Assembly: GCF_001194135.2 (NCBI RefSeq)
Contig: NC_068983.1
Location: forward strand, 11,517,035 to 11,581,034
Direction of reading: 5' to 3'
Length of the DNA stretch: 64,000 bases
DNA from: Octopus bimaculoides
Lineage: Eukaryota
Below, in pieces: positions 36,500 through 49,976 of this stretch. How positions within the stretch are numbered: position 1 is the first letter of the stretch; every line of letters starts with the position of its first letter. Made by a program: the position numbers and the translations under genes. Under the pieces are notes generated by a model that searched no databases, was not told the origin of the DNA, and saw nothing but the letters and a program-made list of their open reading frames with translations.

Positions 36500-36720
36500 C
36501 CAAGGCAAGTAAGCTGGCAGAATCATTAACATACTGGACAAAATACTTAACAGCATTTCTCCCAGCTTTATGTTCTGAGTTCAAATTCCGCCGAGGTTGA
36601 CTTTACTTTCATCCTTTTGAGGTCGATAAGAAAGTACTAGTTGAACACTAGGGCTGATGTAATTGATATATCCCTTCCCCAAAATTTGAAATCATTATTA
36701 TTATTATTATTATTATTATA
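35252..36720 (+). mobile_element. Head-to-tail array of about 5 family-B-variant SINEs separated by (ATT)n
   Basis: Repeated head-Nin core-caaaatttcaggccttgtgcc..gtagaaagg(att)n units, all on the + strand. Confidence 0.85.
35645..35950 (-). mobile_element. R4/Dong-clade non-LTR retrotransposon 3' end in a (TAA)n array
   Basis: KIAKYQDLAIDLQRV..IPVVIGALGTIPKDLNRWIEE..LGTARTLRRILG (restriction-like endonuclease C-terminus), TAA repeats on both sides. Confidence 0.85.
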
Positions 36721-37026
36721 CTCTGGCACTTCACCATCTCTCTCCTGCACTTTTGCTGTCTTCCAATCTCTCTCTCTCTCTTTCCCTTGCTCTTCCCTCT
36801 GGCCGGATAGCCATGTATCTCATCTGTTTCTGCCCTCGTTCTTTTTTTTGCTCTCCCCTCTGGCTAGATAAACAAGTATCTTCTTTACATCAGCACACCT
36901 GTTTCTATCCTTGTTCTTGTTACCACACTCTCTCTCTTTCCCTCTTTCTTCTTCTCTCTCTCTCTATGGCTGGGTAACCATGTACCTCCTCTATAGTAAC
37001 ACACCTGTTTCTGCCTCTCTGTTTCT

Positions 37027-37246
37027 TATTTTTTATTGCCCACAAGGGGCTGAACATAGAGGGGACAAACAAAGAAATTAAGTCGATTCATCAACCCCAG
37101 TGTGTAACTAGTACTTAATTTATCGACCCCAAAAGGATGAAAGGCAAAGTCGACCTCGGCGGAATTTGAACTGAGAACGTAAAGACAGACGAAATACCGC
37201 TAAGCATTTCACCCGGCGTGCTAACGTTTCTGCCAGCTCGCCGCCT
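37027..37246 (-). mobile_element. Young family B SINE
   Basis: Intact CpGs; 19-bp TSD tttctgcctctctgtttct (37008-37026 and 37247-37265). Confidence 0.92.
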
Positions 37247-37329
37247 TTTCTGCCTCTCTGTTTCTGTCACACTCTAACCTTTCATCATCTGACACAAGAT
37301 CACCTCCTCCTGTCTCATAATTCCTTGTC

Positions 37330-37506
37330 TTGCAAGTTACTTGGTGACCCTGCCAGTGCTGGTGCCATATAAAAAGCATCCAGTCCACACTGTGAAGTGA
37401 CTGGCATTTGGAAGGGCATCCAGCTGTAAAAAAAACCATGCCAACATGGAAGGCAGATGTTAATGATGATGACGACGATGATTACTACTACTACTACTAC
37501 TAATAA

Positions 37507-37539
<33 letters not shown>

Positions 37540-37540
37540 A
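37330..37540 (+). mobile_element. Family C 3' fragment followed by a (TAC)n microsatellite
   Basis: gaagggcatccagctgta core, (GAT)n then (TAC)n. Confidence 0.7.
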
Positions 37541-40500
37541 TGATATTTTATACAATTTTACATTATGGAAGTACCATAAATCTGTACTAGAGTATGGTTT
37601 ATGTGAAATGTCAACTATAAAACTAATTTCACTCTTTCAAAATGGGCAATAAACTATTTTAATGCATTTCATGTCAGACTCTACATATTCTGCAATGCAT
37701 CTCCTCTTTAATAACAACAATAAGGACTTCTTTTGATAAGATAAAAAGCTAATACTTATGGGGATGGAAATGTAATTTATTAAATTGACTCCATTGTATT
37801 ATTGATTAGTTTTTTTTATATTGTACTTGGAGAGATGAAAAGTAATATTAGCCCCAGTTTGATTTGAACTCAGAATATAAAAGTATGAAGCTAACTCCTG
37901 TAAAGGTGCTGCTATTTGTGTCAATTCAAGGATTTCCTTTTGACTAGGCACAAAATCAATTTGAAAGAGGAGCTGATTCGATAAATCCCAGAAGTATTGG
38001 AGGTGTGACTTTTAAACATCAAAAATGGCTACAGAAACTAAAGGTAATTCAGCTATTATGAGAAAAAAAAAATGCACTCTTAACTGACCATCAAAAAATA
38101 TCTGAGCTAGTTGCAGAATCTAAAGGGGCAGGAATTTCCTAGGTATCAAAGACTTCTTAAGCATGGCCAAAGAAGTTGCAAGACTAGAGAAAAGTCTTGG
38201 TTACTTAAAGAAAATTTTAAGAAAAAACTTCATTGGGCTAAACTAGTTGTGTATTTAACTTCTGGTAATGGATACAAAATACTCCAGCAAGTAATTTTCA
38301 ACTAATTTATGTCAACATATATTATGTGTCTATATAAGAATTTAAATATGTTGTCTGAAATTGCAAGTTTAAAAATAGAAGGCAGATGTTACTTTAAATG
38401 AAAATTTGACTTTGAAAAGGAGACCTAATACTTGAAACCAAAGTCATATCACACATATATATTATACTTTATCGAAACCTTTAGCAATATGGAAAGGTAA
38501 CAAATAAAATAATTTATTTACTGCTTCACTAGTTTTGGGGATGTATTTTAAGTGGAGTGCAGGGGATTCAATACCTAACTGTGAATTGCTGTTGCTACCA
38601 AGTTATGCTTCGAATACTAAATTAAGTAGATTTCATAAATATTTTCAATTACAATATCATAAAAACATTGTTTGAACAGAAATAATTCAAGTTAGAAAAT
38701 CTAGGTCGAACTGATGTAGTAGGCTGCTCTGGGTTTTACCATATTTAATAGGATTCATGCATTGACCATAAAGTACAGAAAATTGCTGCTAAAAGTATGT
38801 CCAATTGTGTCCTTTATAGACATGGCTATTTGACTTGCTTGTTTCTTAGAGGGGTGAGAAATATTATTAGTAAAGTAAAATAAATTTTTTTCTGTGAAAC
38901 ATTCTTCAATATCAAGTTGGGTTTTTTCTAAGAAAAAGGAAGATGACCATGAGGAAAGGACAACAATTGCAGCAGAAAGAAAGATAGCAGTGGATCAACA
39001 AATGTAAAAAAAATGATGAACAACTGATCAGCTGACTTTTTTAAGAAACATTTTAACAAAGATGGTCCATAGCTGTAGGCAGCGTTTTATAAAAATGGCA
39101 AATATAAGTTCCAGAAAGCTGTAAATATAGCTAAGTATCTCAGCCACTACTGCCTTTCACTACCATTTTCCCATAGTATTGTGCCAGAGCTTTGCCAATA
39201 TTAACACTTTGAGACCTCCATGTAGATGGCAATAGAATACAAATATTTTCATTTGAAGCTTAAATGATTTCTTTATATTAAAAGACAGAAATTATGTGAA
39301 ACATTTAATAATAATGGATCTTTAAAAATAAGAATATTGTAAATAATACCAACACCATAATAATTCTAAAAGACTATATAAATTTTCTTTAAATTTGAAT
39401 AGAGATTTAAAGACTGTATTTTATATTTTATTCTTCAAAATCAAAGCCAAGGTTGTGTTAAAAAAAATTAGTCTCAAAGTATTAACATCATACATATTAC
39501 CAAATGAATATGTAGGAATGACAAGAAAAATGGCCAATGAACACAAATATCATTTACAGCTTTGATTATCAACTGAAGTAGTACCAATTCAAAATTCCAT
39601 GGAAATAAAAGGATGATTTGATTTAGGTTATCAGAATCAATCAAACCAATGAGAACTGGGTTTAGAAGAAGATTTGGGGTCTAAATTTAGGTTATTAAAA
39701 CTTTTGTAATTAATAATTAGCAACAGGGAGAAAGTTTAAGTCCTAAGAATAGATTGAGCAGAATTTATGAAATTACAATTTTCTTTTTACTAGATTTGAA
39801 AGTAACCCTTTAGCATTCAAATTATTTTTGCTAAATGCAATGCTTATTTATTCATATTGTTTTGGATTAATCCTGCATTAGTTTGTAGCTTTGAGATTTT
39901 CATGATGTGACTGCTTATTTTTAGAAGGACATTGTAGGGTAAGTGTGTAAAGTTGCTTCTGGCTGGCTTGAACATAAAGCAAGAAGAATACTGAGACCAA
40001 ATATGGCCAGTTTGAATGCTAAAGGGTTATTAAAGGTAGACAAGGCAACAAAGTATCATTGAGAAATAGCCACAGAAAAAGTAAGGTGAAATTGCCAAGG
40101 GGAGTGGAGTATCCACCATTTAGGACTGAATCCTCTACAGGGTTAAGACAGCAGAATTTTACATCCTCTGAGGATGTAAACTTTGAGGCTGTAACTGATG
40201 TGTATGTAGACAGGTATGTGTATGTAGACAGATAGAAGGGGAAAAAATTAGGAGGGAGAGAGAGAGAGAGAAAGAGAGGGAGGGGAAAGGAAATTAAATG
40301 AGAAGCTATTGTGGGTGAAGTGGAAGGAAAAATTATGGTGAGCTGAAAGATATAGTGTTGCTAATGTAAGGACAATTGTTGTATTGTTAACAGGTACATT
40401 TAAGAGTACCTGGTTTCTTTATGGCTGGGAGCTATAAAGTTATTAACTCAGAGGTGGCAAGGTTATGAGCTTTCTGAAGGTGAGGGGAGGAGGTGGAGAA

Positions 40501-40646
40501 AGATTGGAGCAGTTTTTGGGTCAGAGAAGCGGATCCAGAAGTTTCAGATGAGTATGTGATTCAATGGGTGGATTTATATACATTTACACACACACACACA
40601 CACACAGACAGACAAACGGCTTCTGTCATTCAAATTTGCCAATATA

Positions 40647-40865
40647 CAAGGAGTGCTGAAAAGTTCCTGGCTTTAAGGGTATCACGTAAGGCCTTGTTGG
40701 AAACCCAACCTTCTGAGTTAATTTTACAGAGCTTAGAAAAACTGAAGGAGCAATGCAGTAAGTGTGTGAATCTGAGAAGGGAATATATTGAATAAAATCA
40801 TAACTGATTGATCCTCCTGTATTTTCTTTTACCCACAAAGCTGGGAGATTTTCAGCAACCCCTCG
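40647..40865 (+). mobile_element. Mariner-derived MITE, 219 bp
   Basis: TA flanks; about 36-bp imperfect TIR (CAAGGAGTGCTGAAAAGTTCCTGGCTTTAAGGGTA / CGAGGGGTTGCTGAAAATCTCCCAGCTTTGTGGGTA); retains transposase C-terminus LEKLKEQCSKCVNLRREYIE*. Confidence 0.85.
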
Positions 40866-41249
40866 TATCTGTAGCTAAATGTGCTGATAAAAATGCTTTG
40901 TGGAAATCTGTCTGCCATGCATACAATTATGCCCCTTCCACAGTAAAAATGTTATTCAAAGAAAAAGTTTTCCTTAAAAACCTATATAGCTTGACACTGG
41001 GCAACCTCAGTTAATGCTTTAAAAAGTTCTGCAAGTCAACCACTCTCTGTTGATGCTTATACATAACTACCAATTCATGGTACTTATACATACTATCATA
41101 AATATATTTTCAGTTATTTATATGTGTGTGCATGTGTTTGTGGATATTGTGCATATATCTATCTTTCTATATCTATACACACACACACATACATATATAT
41201 ACCACTTAGCTTCTGTAATTATATGAAAACAGAACTGCACATATTTCAC

Positions 41250-41575
41250 CCCACTTTTGTGATGCCACCTATCATCACCTTGACACCCGAAATTCCCCAT
41301 TCACCAAATGTCTATCCATGTTCCCCATACACTGCACTTCTCTATCCATTTGCCACTTTCCTTTTATACTCTTGTGAATTTATCTACTTACTCGCCCAGT
41401 TCAATCTTCTGTTCCATTTATCTTATATTCACCTTCATGAAGCCTGTGGGTATGCTGAGATGTCTCTTCACTACCATCTTTCTTTTTTTATCACTTGTAG
41501 AGGTGATACATGGCTAAGGTAACCATGTATAACTGACACAACATACTGTCATACTTTAACATCTCATCACGTTAC
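41250..41575 (+). mobile_element. CT-rich Penelope-like 3' remnant with degenerate hammerhead-like motifs
   Basis: cttcatga-agc..gct-gagatgtc and the atacatgg/ccatgtat hairpin; related motif atggct..gtaaccatgta near 36966. Confidence 0.4.
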
Positions 41576-41862
41576 ATAAAGCTACCTCCCTCAATACACA
41601 CCTCCACTTGGTGCTGGTACCACATAAAAGCAATATATTCAGTAAATTGGATGGTGTTAGGAAGGGCATCCAGCTGTAGAAACCATGCCAAAGCAGACAC
41701 TGGAGCTCAGTGCAATGCTCTGGCTTACCAATTTCTGTCTAAGTGTCCAACCCATGTCAGAATGGAAAACAGACATTTAATGATGATGATGATGATGAAT
41801 TTGATGTGTGTGTGTGTGTGTGTGTGTGTGGTTTATATGTATATATATATATATGTGTGCAG

Positions 41863-42545
41863 ACATAAGGACTATCCCAAGAATAATGCAAAAGTGGTAT
41901 AACTTTTCTATAACTGCATAAGTCCTCCATATTGCACATCTTGGTAGAGTAACTATTCTTCCTGTTCTTTTTCATTGAAGGCAAATAAAAGCAGAGGTAA
42001 CATGCTGATGATTTCTTGATGAAGAAGGTATGTCTGGCGTCCACAGAAGACTGCAGGTTGTTTATGGAAATGATTTCATTGAGGAGAGTAATGTGCATAG
42101 ATGGATGAAAAATTTTTAAAAAAGGAGGAAACCAGATTGAAGCCAAACCATGCACTAGAAAACCATCAACTATGACAACTGACACAAATTGCTAGTGAGT
42201 AGACAAACAGGTTTATGCAAACTGGTGAGTCACAATCTGTAAGGCTCAAATGAATAGTGGTCACAATACATTATAGAAGATGGTGAAAAACTTTAGGTAT
42301 CAGAAAGTGTACTATAATCTGATCTGATCTGTTTGAAGCATTTGAAGCCATTAAAGACACATTTTTCTGATCTGGTGACAGGGAGGGAAATGAGATCATA
42401 TCTTTATGATCCAGAAATAAAAACTCAATCCACAAAATGGTTTCATTCCTCTCTCCAAGGCCTAAGGATTTCAAGAGCTAGTGATTGGCATCGAAGATCA
42501 TGGTAACTGGCTTCTTTTTTTGGAGATTGTATATATTCTTGTAAA
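41863..42545 (+). mobile_element. Degenerate mariner transposase remnant
   Basis: Broken frames: KQR..FL, HRRLQVVYGND..SNVHRWMK, KPCTRKPSTMTT, YDPEIKTQSTKWFH, KIMVTGFF. Confidence 0.8.
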
Positions 42546-43052
42546 GGGGTTCAATTGACTGAAACTGAAAGGTTTTATACACATACATTATACAAATGTG
42601 TGTGTGTGTGTATTATATATGTATATGCGTTTATACACACATATATAAACACGTATAAATATATATGTGATCTGTATGTCTTTATATTGATATGTGATAA
42701 ATTTTAAACAAATGTCACTGTCACAGATTATGTGCCATTTGTTTGCAAACACTTCTGGTATTTGTACGGTTTGTATTGAAAGGATTATGAGAAATACAAC
42801 TTTGCTTGGAAATAGGTGGAAGTTGGTAATGAATAGCATTTGGCCACAGAAAATCTGTCTCAATGAATTTCATCTGACCCATACAAGCAAGGAATAGTAT
42901 TTCTTCAAACAATGCTGTTGGTATGTTTATGGTTACACAATTGTATATTGTGTAAAGTTATATATATAATTACATGTGTGTGTGTGTGTGTGCGCGCACA
43001 CGTATTATTATGATATTATACATAAAATTATAAATTCCTATTTTACAAAAAT

Positions 43053-43098
<46 letters not shown>

Positions 43099-43108
43099 NN
43101 NNNNNNNN

Positions 43109-43156
<48 letters not shown>

Positions 43157-44247
43157 ACATATATATTATATATAATACATAAATATTATTTGTAATATAT
43201 ATGTATAAATATTATATCTAAATATATCTAATATATCTATGCATGTGTACATTAATATAAATATATGTATATGTACATATATAATATATACAAGCCTACT
43301 ACACTATTCTGATTATAAGCAGATACATACAAAAAATACATATAATCTAAGTATGAAAAAGGTATGACAACACTGAGAACAACAACGACAATGATAAATG
43401 AAGGATTAAAAAGAAAATGCTGAATAAACATGTGGTCATGAGAAGCAATAAAAATACAAACGAGTGAGCTTCAATGAAAGATTTTTCTGATATATTCACT
43501 AAATATCTAATTATAATCATTGTAAAATAATAATAAATATGATAATGATTTACTGACAAAGAAAAAGGCAATTCTTTTTTTTAAAATTTCCAACATTGCA
43601 TATATACTGTGACATACTAATTAATTATTATTACTGTTACCTAATTATTAACACAGGCAGGATGTCAATAGAGAATATAGAAGCCAAACATCGTAAAACA
43701 TTTAGTCTAGTTCTGTATTATTTATGATAATTTAAAGCTAATTTAGATAGTATGTGTATTCTTTTATTGTTTTATTCGTTTCAGTTACTGGACTGAGGCC
43801 AAAACAGGTTACTACATTCAAAGATATGGTAGATTTAATTACCCTAATACTTTTAGACTGGTACTTCTACTGAACCGAGGTGCATGAAAAGCCAACTTAA
43901 ATTTGGCAGAATTTGAACTGTGAATGTAAAGAGATGTAATTAAATGCTTCAGGGCGTTTTGTCTGCCATTCTACAAATACTACCAAACTTACCATATATC
44001 TTAAATTTTCTAAAATAGTAAAGAGCAAATAGTAAATTTTGGTAGTATAGTAAACAGGTTAGTTTTCAGATATGATCCAATTAGACTAATAAGTAATAGA
44101 TACATGAAGACATATCTCAGTAAGGTTTTTTTTTTCTCACATTATGTTGAAATTTAATGAACAAGCACACTAATCACAGTGGTTATGCCTAAAATTTATA
44201 ATTCTTATAACACTTATTTCTAATTGCTGAAAGAGAATATTAAAATA

Positions 44248-44287
<40 letters not shown>

Positions 44288-44288
<1 letters not shown>

Positions 44289-44543
44289 CGGGACTATTTT
44301 GTGACGCACATGGAATGGATTTCTTTTGAGATGGGATGCCTGAACTCGCTAGCCGATGAATTCGTAAGTGCCTTTTCTTCTCGTTGATTTTTGGCATCGC
44401 ATGGCCAGAAATTACCGTGAATTTTTTAGAGACACTTTCAGATTTATCAGAATATTGGGCTGATGAGACGGAATAGATTAATATCTTAACCGCGAAACGT
44501 TCGTATCCAATTAACTAAAGGCGGGTTTGTTTTTGCTTTTCAC
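44288..44543. promoter_or_regulatory. CpG-rich island, candidate internal promoter or first exon
   Basis: 14 CpG in about 256 bp of apparently unique sequence in a CpG-depleted intron; carries an ATG-to-donor ORF on each strand. Confidence 0.4.
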
Positions 44544-47500
44544 NNNNNNNNNNNNNNNNNNNNNNNNNNNNNNNNNNNNNNNNNNNNNNNNNNNNNNNNN
44601 NNNNNNNNNNNNNNNNNNNNNNNNNNNNNNNNNNNNNNNNNNNNNNNNNNNNNNNNNNNNNNNNNNNNNNNNNNNNNNNNNNNNNNNNNNNNNNNNNNNN
44701 NNNNNNNNNNNNNNNNNNNNNNNNNNNNNNNNNNNNNNNNNNNNNNNNNNNNNNNNNNNNNNNNNNNNNNNNNNNNNNNNNNNNNNNNNNNNNNNNNNNN
44801 NNNNNNNNNNNNNNNNNNNNNNNNNNNNNNNNNNNNNNNNNNNNNNNNNNTATATATATATGTATATTATATATATTATATATATTTCCCAAAGACAAAG
44901 AATATCAATGACATTTATTTACTCAGATTTTAAATTAAGACCATTTGACTCCAATTAGAATGGCTGCATCTTTATTGGAAAGTGATTAATATCCTTGATT
45001 AATATTGTGATTTAGTTGAAATGAAGTGTACTCAAATTATTCTAAACATTTTAGATGTACGAATACTGTGAGTTGAAGTTCTTTACTACATTTTTAAAGT
45101 GGGAATTATCAATTTAGCGAAAATTCTAACATGGCAATATTTTATTTTATTTTTAATGTTACTTTTTAAGCTAAGCATCCCCGAGTAACGGCTTCAACTG
45201 AAAGGTTAGAAAGGATGTGAAACTGATGAGGATGGTGTAGAAATGAAAAAGAGAATTAAATTATAAAAGAAATTAACACTAAGTACTAATTTTGCAATGA
45301 TTTACAAAAATTAAAATGAATAATGATAAAATGGTAATGAACAACAATTACATTGATGATAAAAATGATACCACTGATGTTTTAGTTAGTATACCCTCTA
45401 AGATGATGATGATAATGACAATGGTAATAAAGTCTAAATCTAATCATATCTCAATTTGTAAAGAAAGCAAGCATTTTTCTATCTTTTGAGAAAACTGATA
45501 GGATAATTATATGATAATAACATAAAGAAAGATGTCACTTGTGACAACAGCATATTTAATCAGGTGTGTAAGTCACACTGAAAATGAAATGCTTATTGTG
45601 CATTTAAAATAGATATTGACTTTATTAGAGAATTAAATGGCATTATGTATCTTTATAAAGCCAGACTAGATTACATACTTACTAACTGGTTTGACATTAA
45701 TGAGAATTACATGAACAGAACACAGCTATAGAAAAGAGTCTAATTGACATAACATGCAATCTGGTTAGGACACTACCAGGTCAGCTACAGAAAAAAAAAA
45801 TCATGTTGTTAGATATTATTTTCTACTACTGACTATTTCAAAAATCATTTCTTATTCACAACAGGGTATCAATTGATATTTACAAGCAGATTGAAAGAGA
45901 GAAGAGTAAAATGTTTTCAATGCATTATTTATCTTTAATTTAATGCTTAGCTTATTCAGTTCTCCGTTAAAGATTATTTTCTTCTCTTATTAAAATAACT
46001 GCTGAGGCATTGATTAAACAGTAAGCACAGAGAAAAATAAAAGAATGTAAGTAGTTAATTTGCTTAAATTTGATATTCAAATAACTAATATGAAGTTGTT
46101 CATGGTCTCATAGTCATTTGTATTTATCACAGCATTTATTGCAAGATATCATGTGAAAACTAGACGAGTAAAATAAGTTTTAAGGTTTAAAGTACTTCAA
46201 TGCTAATCCATCAATTACAAAAGTGAAATTGATTGATATAATTGCTTACTGATCACAATACCTGCACAGTGATCTAAATCAGTATATAATAGTAGACTTA
46301 GATATTAAGCCATGCCTATTTACAATAGCACCACATGGTAAACTGTAGTAGTATTGATTTTTAATTATTACTTACATATATCTGTACGTAGAAATAATGG
46401 TTTTTCTCTGTACATTTTTTTCAAATCTAATAATATATTTTGTAGCACATACACCTGAACCTACTTACTCGTACTAGTATTTTGTAAGAGTAAAATAGTC
46501 TATGTGAATAACTAAATAAATATGAGCTATTATGAAATAATGACATTTATTCATCATAAGCCTTTATCATATGTGTGTGTATGATTTAATCAATTAAAAT
46601 TGTGAAAATGAATTTTATTAAACTTTCATCTATTTCTTGATTGCTAATTGGTAACATAGCTAATAAGAGTGGCTAAAATGTAAAATGGATAAAGCATCAG
46701 AAACAGTAAAACATTGAACAAAATGTGTTTGTTCTCTCTACATTCTGAGTTCAAATGTAGTCAGACTCAACAGTGTTTTACATACCAACTGGATTTATAA
46801 AACAGTACCAGGAATAGTACATTGATTTAATCAATCATTCACATTTGTGATCTTATGTTACAAGGCACAAATCTATAAATATGAAAGGAATATAGTTATG
46901 ATCTATATCAAAACTATAGATTTTACACAAGAAACCATAAATGTATTTTCTTTTGTTTCACAATATATTTTGGAATTGAAAGTAAATTAAACGTATGGAT
47001 TTGTGTGATAAAAGTTATTGTATATGCTCAAATATAGAGTGAGGGGGCACCATATGTTCCAGTCTTTACAAAGTCCCTAATAACTTAACATGATTAATAG
47101 GGACTTCCTTGAGAATCGACTAGATAGCAGTTTTTCTGTTTGCTTTGAAATTGAGGAAAACATTTGAGATTCAAGCATATATAATAACTGATATTATAAT
47201 TTAGAGAATTTAAATATTAGCAGGAATATTATAATGTCAAACACTAGCCGCAGGTAAAAAGAAAGAATAAGAACTTTAATTTGTTTATAATCTATATATT
47301 AGAAATTTTCTAAAAATATCTATTAAATGTTTCAATCAAAGTCTTGCTAACTTAGAATCGGTTTGAAAATATCAAGTGAACCCATCAAAACAAACAACTG
47401 TATTTGAAAAAAAAAAAAAAAAAGAATAAATAAAAGTGGGTTTTAACAGAGATTAAACTTGTTGAGATAATCAGACAAATATGATAAAAATTTTGAAGAA

Positions 47501-48402
47501 AATGTTAAGATATGAAACACTTGCAACCATAAATCAAGAGACAATATCAAAAAACAAAACCCAGGTAAACATTCAGTCATGAAAATATGGCTGAACAACT
47601 AACCTGATTTTACAAAAATGCACACCTAGTTTCTAGAGTTTCTATNNNNNNNNNNNNNNNNNNNNNNNNNNNNNNNNNNNNNNNNNNNNNNNNNNNNNNN
47701 NNNNNNNNNNNNNNNNNNNNNNNNNNNNNNNNNNNNNNNNNNNNNNNNNNNNNNNNNNNNNNNNNNNNNNNNNNNNNNNNNNNNNNNNNNNNNNNNNNNN
47801 NNNNNNNNNNNNNNNNNNNNNNNNNNNNNNNNNNNNNNNNNNNNNNNNNNNNNNNNNNNNNNNNNNNNNNNNNNNNNNNNNNNNNNNNNNNNNNNNNNNN
47901 NNNNNNNNNNNNNNNNNNNNNNNNNNNNNNNNNNNNNNNNNNNNNNNNNNNNNNNNNNNNNNNNNNNNNNNNNNNNNNNNNNNNNNNNNNNNNNNNNNNN
48001 NNNNNNNNNNNNNNNNNNNNNNNNNNNNNNNNNNNNNNNNNNNNNNNNNNNNNNNNNNNNNNNNNNNNNNNNNNNNNNNNNNNNNNNNNNNNNNNNNNNN
48101 NNNNNNNNNNNNNNNNNNNNNNNNNNNNNNNNNNNNNNNNNNNNNNNNNNNNNNNNNNNNNNNNNNNNNNNNNNNNNNNNNNNNNNNNNNNNNNNNNNNN
48201 NNNNNNNNNNNNNNNNNNNNNNNNNNNNNNNNNNNNNNNNNNNNNNNNNNNNNNNNNNNNNNNNNNNNNNNNNNNNNNNNNNNNNNNNNNNNNNNNNNNN
48301 NNNNNNNNNNNNNNNNNNNNNNNNNNNNNNNNNNNNNNNNNNNNNNNNNNNNNNNNNNNNNNNNNNNNNNNNNNNNNNNNNNNNNNNNNNNNNNNNNNNN
48401 NN

Positions 48403-48952
48403 GATGCAGTACCAGGCAGTGGCTCTCGTGGCTTCTGATCTTAATTGATTGGAAGTGTTATCATGTACATTGTTTTGTCTTGGTATAAAAAGATGGGCTA
48501 CAGCAAATATTCTGCTTAATACCACAGATTTGCTTGTCAGTTGTTTGACCGTAACCAGTTGAGCATGTCCCTTGGTGGCTGATGATATGTGCATCTCTGA
48601 TCATGAGCAGAGTTAGTGGGGGAGCATGTTAGTCATGTGTTGAGATGAATTCTTTGGGGTTTGAATAATTCACCTTTGGAAACATGGGTGTTTTGCTCAA
48701 CATCCTTAAACAAACCTTATTCAGGGACCTTTTGAGCGAGATAGGCTACTCGACCTGAAGAAAATTCTAACTGAGCCCCACCTGCAAGCTCATGCGCTGT
48801 TTATCTTGATATGAAATCACCATGTTGCGCACATATGGTTCTGATGCATGTGCCTAGTGTACCCTTATCAGAAGGGTAGTCATGGTAGGTATAATGGGCT
48901 TCATATATTTTACGTCAGTGTCACTTTGATGGCATGCACTGCTCTCTCACTC

Positions 48953-48955
<3 letters not shown>
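48403..48955. mobile_element. Unclassified interspersed repeat of about 560 bp embedded in (TAA)n; second partial copy at 49981-50146
   Basis: Two colinear copies (gatgca.taccaggca.tggctc...ccttaaccagtt); no tRNA head or ORF seen. Confidence 0.7.
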
Positions 48956-48984
<29 letters not shown>

Positions 48985-48985
<1 letters not shown>

Positions 48986-49374
48986 TCTTTTTAATTTCAG
49001 CACAAGGCCAGCCATTTTGGAAACAGGGCAGATGGGGTTAGGTGATAACAACCCAAGTACTTGAATGTTATTCTATTTTATCACCTCAGAAAGGATAAAA
49101 GACAAAGAAAAAATGACGCTAAGCATTTTGTCTTATATGCCAATTTATTCAGCCAGCCTTCAGTAATAATAATAATCATTCAAATTTTGGCACAAGGCCA
49201 ACAATTTTAGTGGGAGGGGTTAGTCATTTACACTGACCTTATTACTTGACTGGCACTTTATTTTATGAAAGGCAAAGGAGACCTCAGCAGCATTTGAACC
49301 TAGAATGTAGAGTCAGAAGAAATACTGCTAGATATTTCGACATGCTAATAACTCTCCCAGCTTCTCTGCCTTCG

Positions 49375-49431
<57 letters not shown>

Positions 49432-49886
49432 GTTTAAAATTTTGGCACAAGTCCAACAATTTTAGGGGATCGATAAGCTGATAACATTAATCCCAGAGTT
49501 ATTTATTTTATTGACCCCCAAAAAGATGAAAGCAAAGTCGACCACAGCGGAATTTGAACTCAGAACATAGTGATGGGCAAAATACTATTAAGCATTTTGT
49601 CCAGTGTGCTACCGATTCTGCCAGCTCGCTGCATTAATAATAATGATAATAATAATAATAATAATAATAATCCTTTCTACTATAGGCACAAGGCCTGAAA
49701 TTTTTGTGGCTGGGGATAGTCAATTACATCAGCCTCAGTACTCAGCTAGTACTTATTTTATTGACCTTGAAAGGATGACAGGCAAAGTCAAACTTGGCCG
49801 AATTTGAACCCAGAATGTGAAGACAGATGAAAAACTACTAAGCATTTCACTTGGTGTGATAACGATTCTGCCAGCTTGCCCCCTTC

Positions 49887-49976
<90 letters not shown>

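Noticed and set aside
46249-46272. 12/24-nt microexon candidate (gatttag|ATCACTGTGCAG|gtattg)
   Set aside because: Poor pyrimidine tract; expected by chance in 40 kb of AT-rich intron
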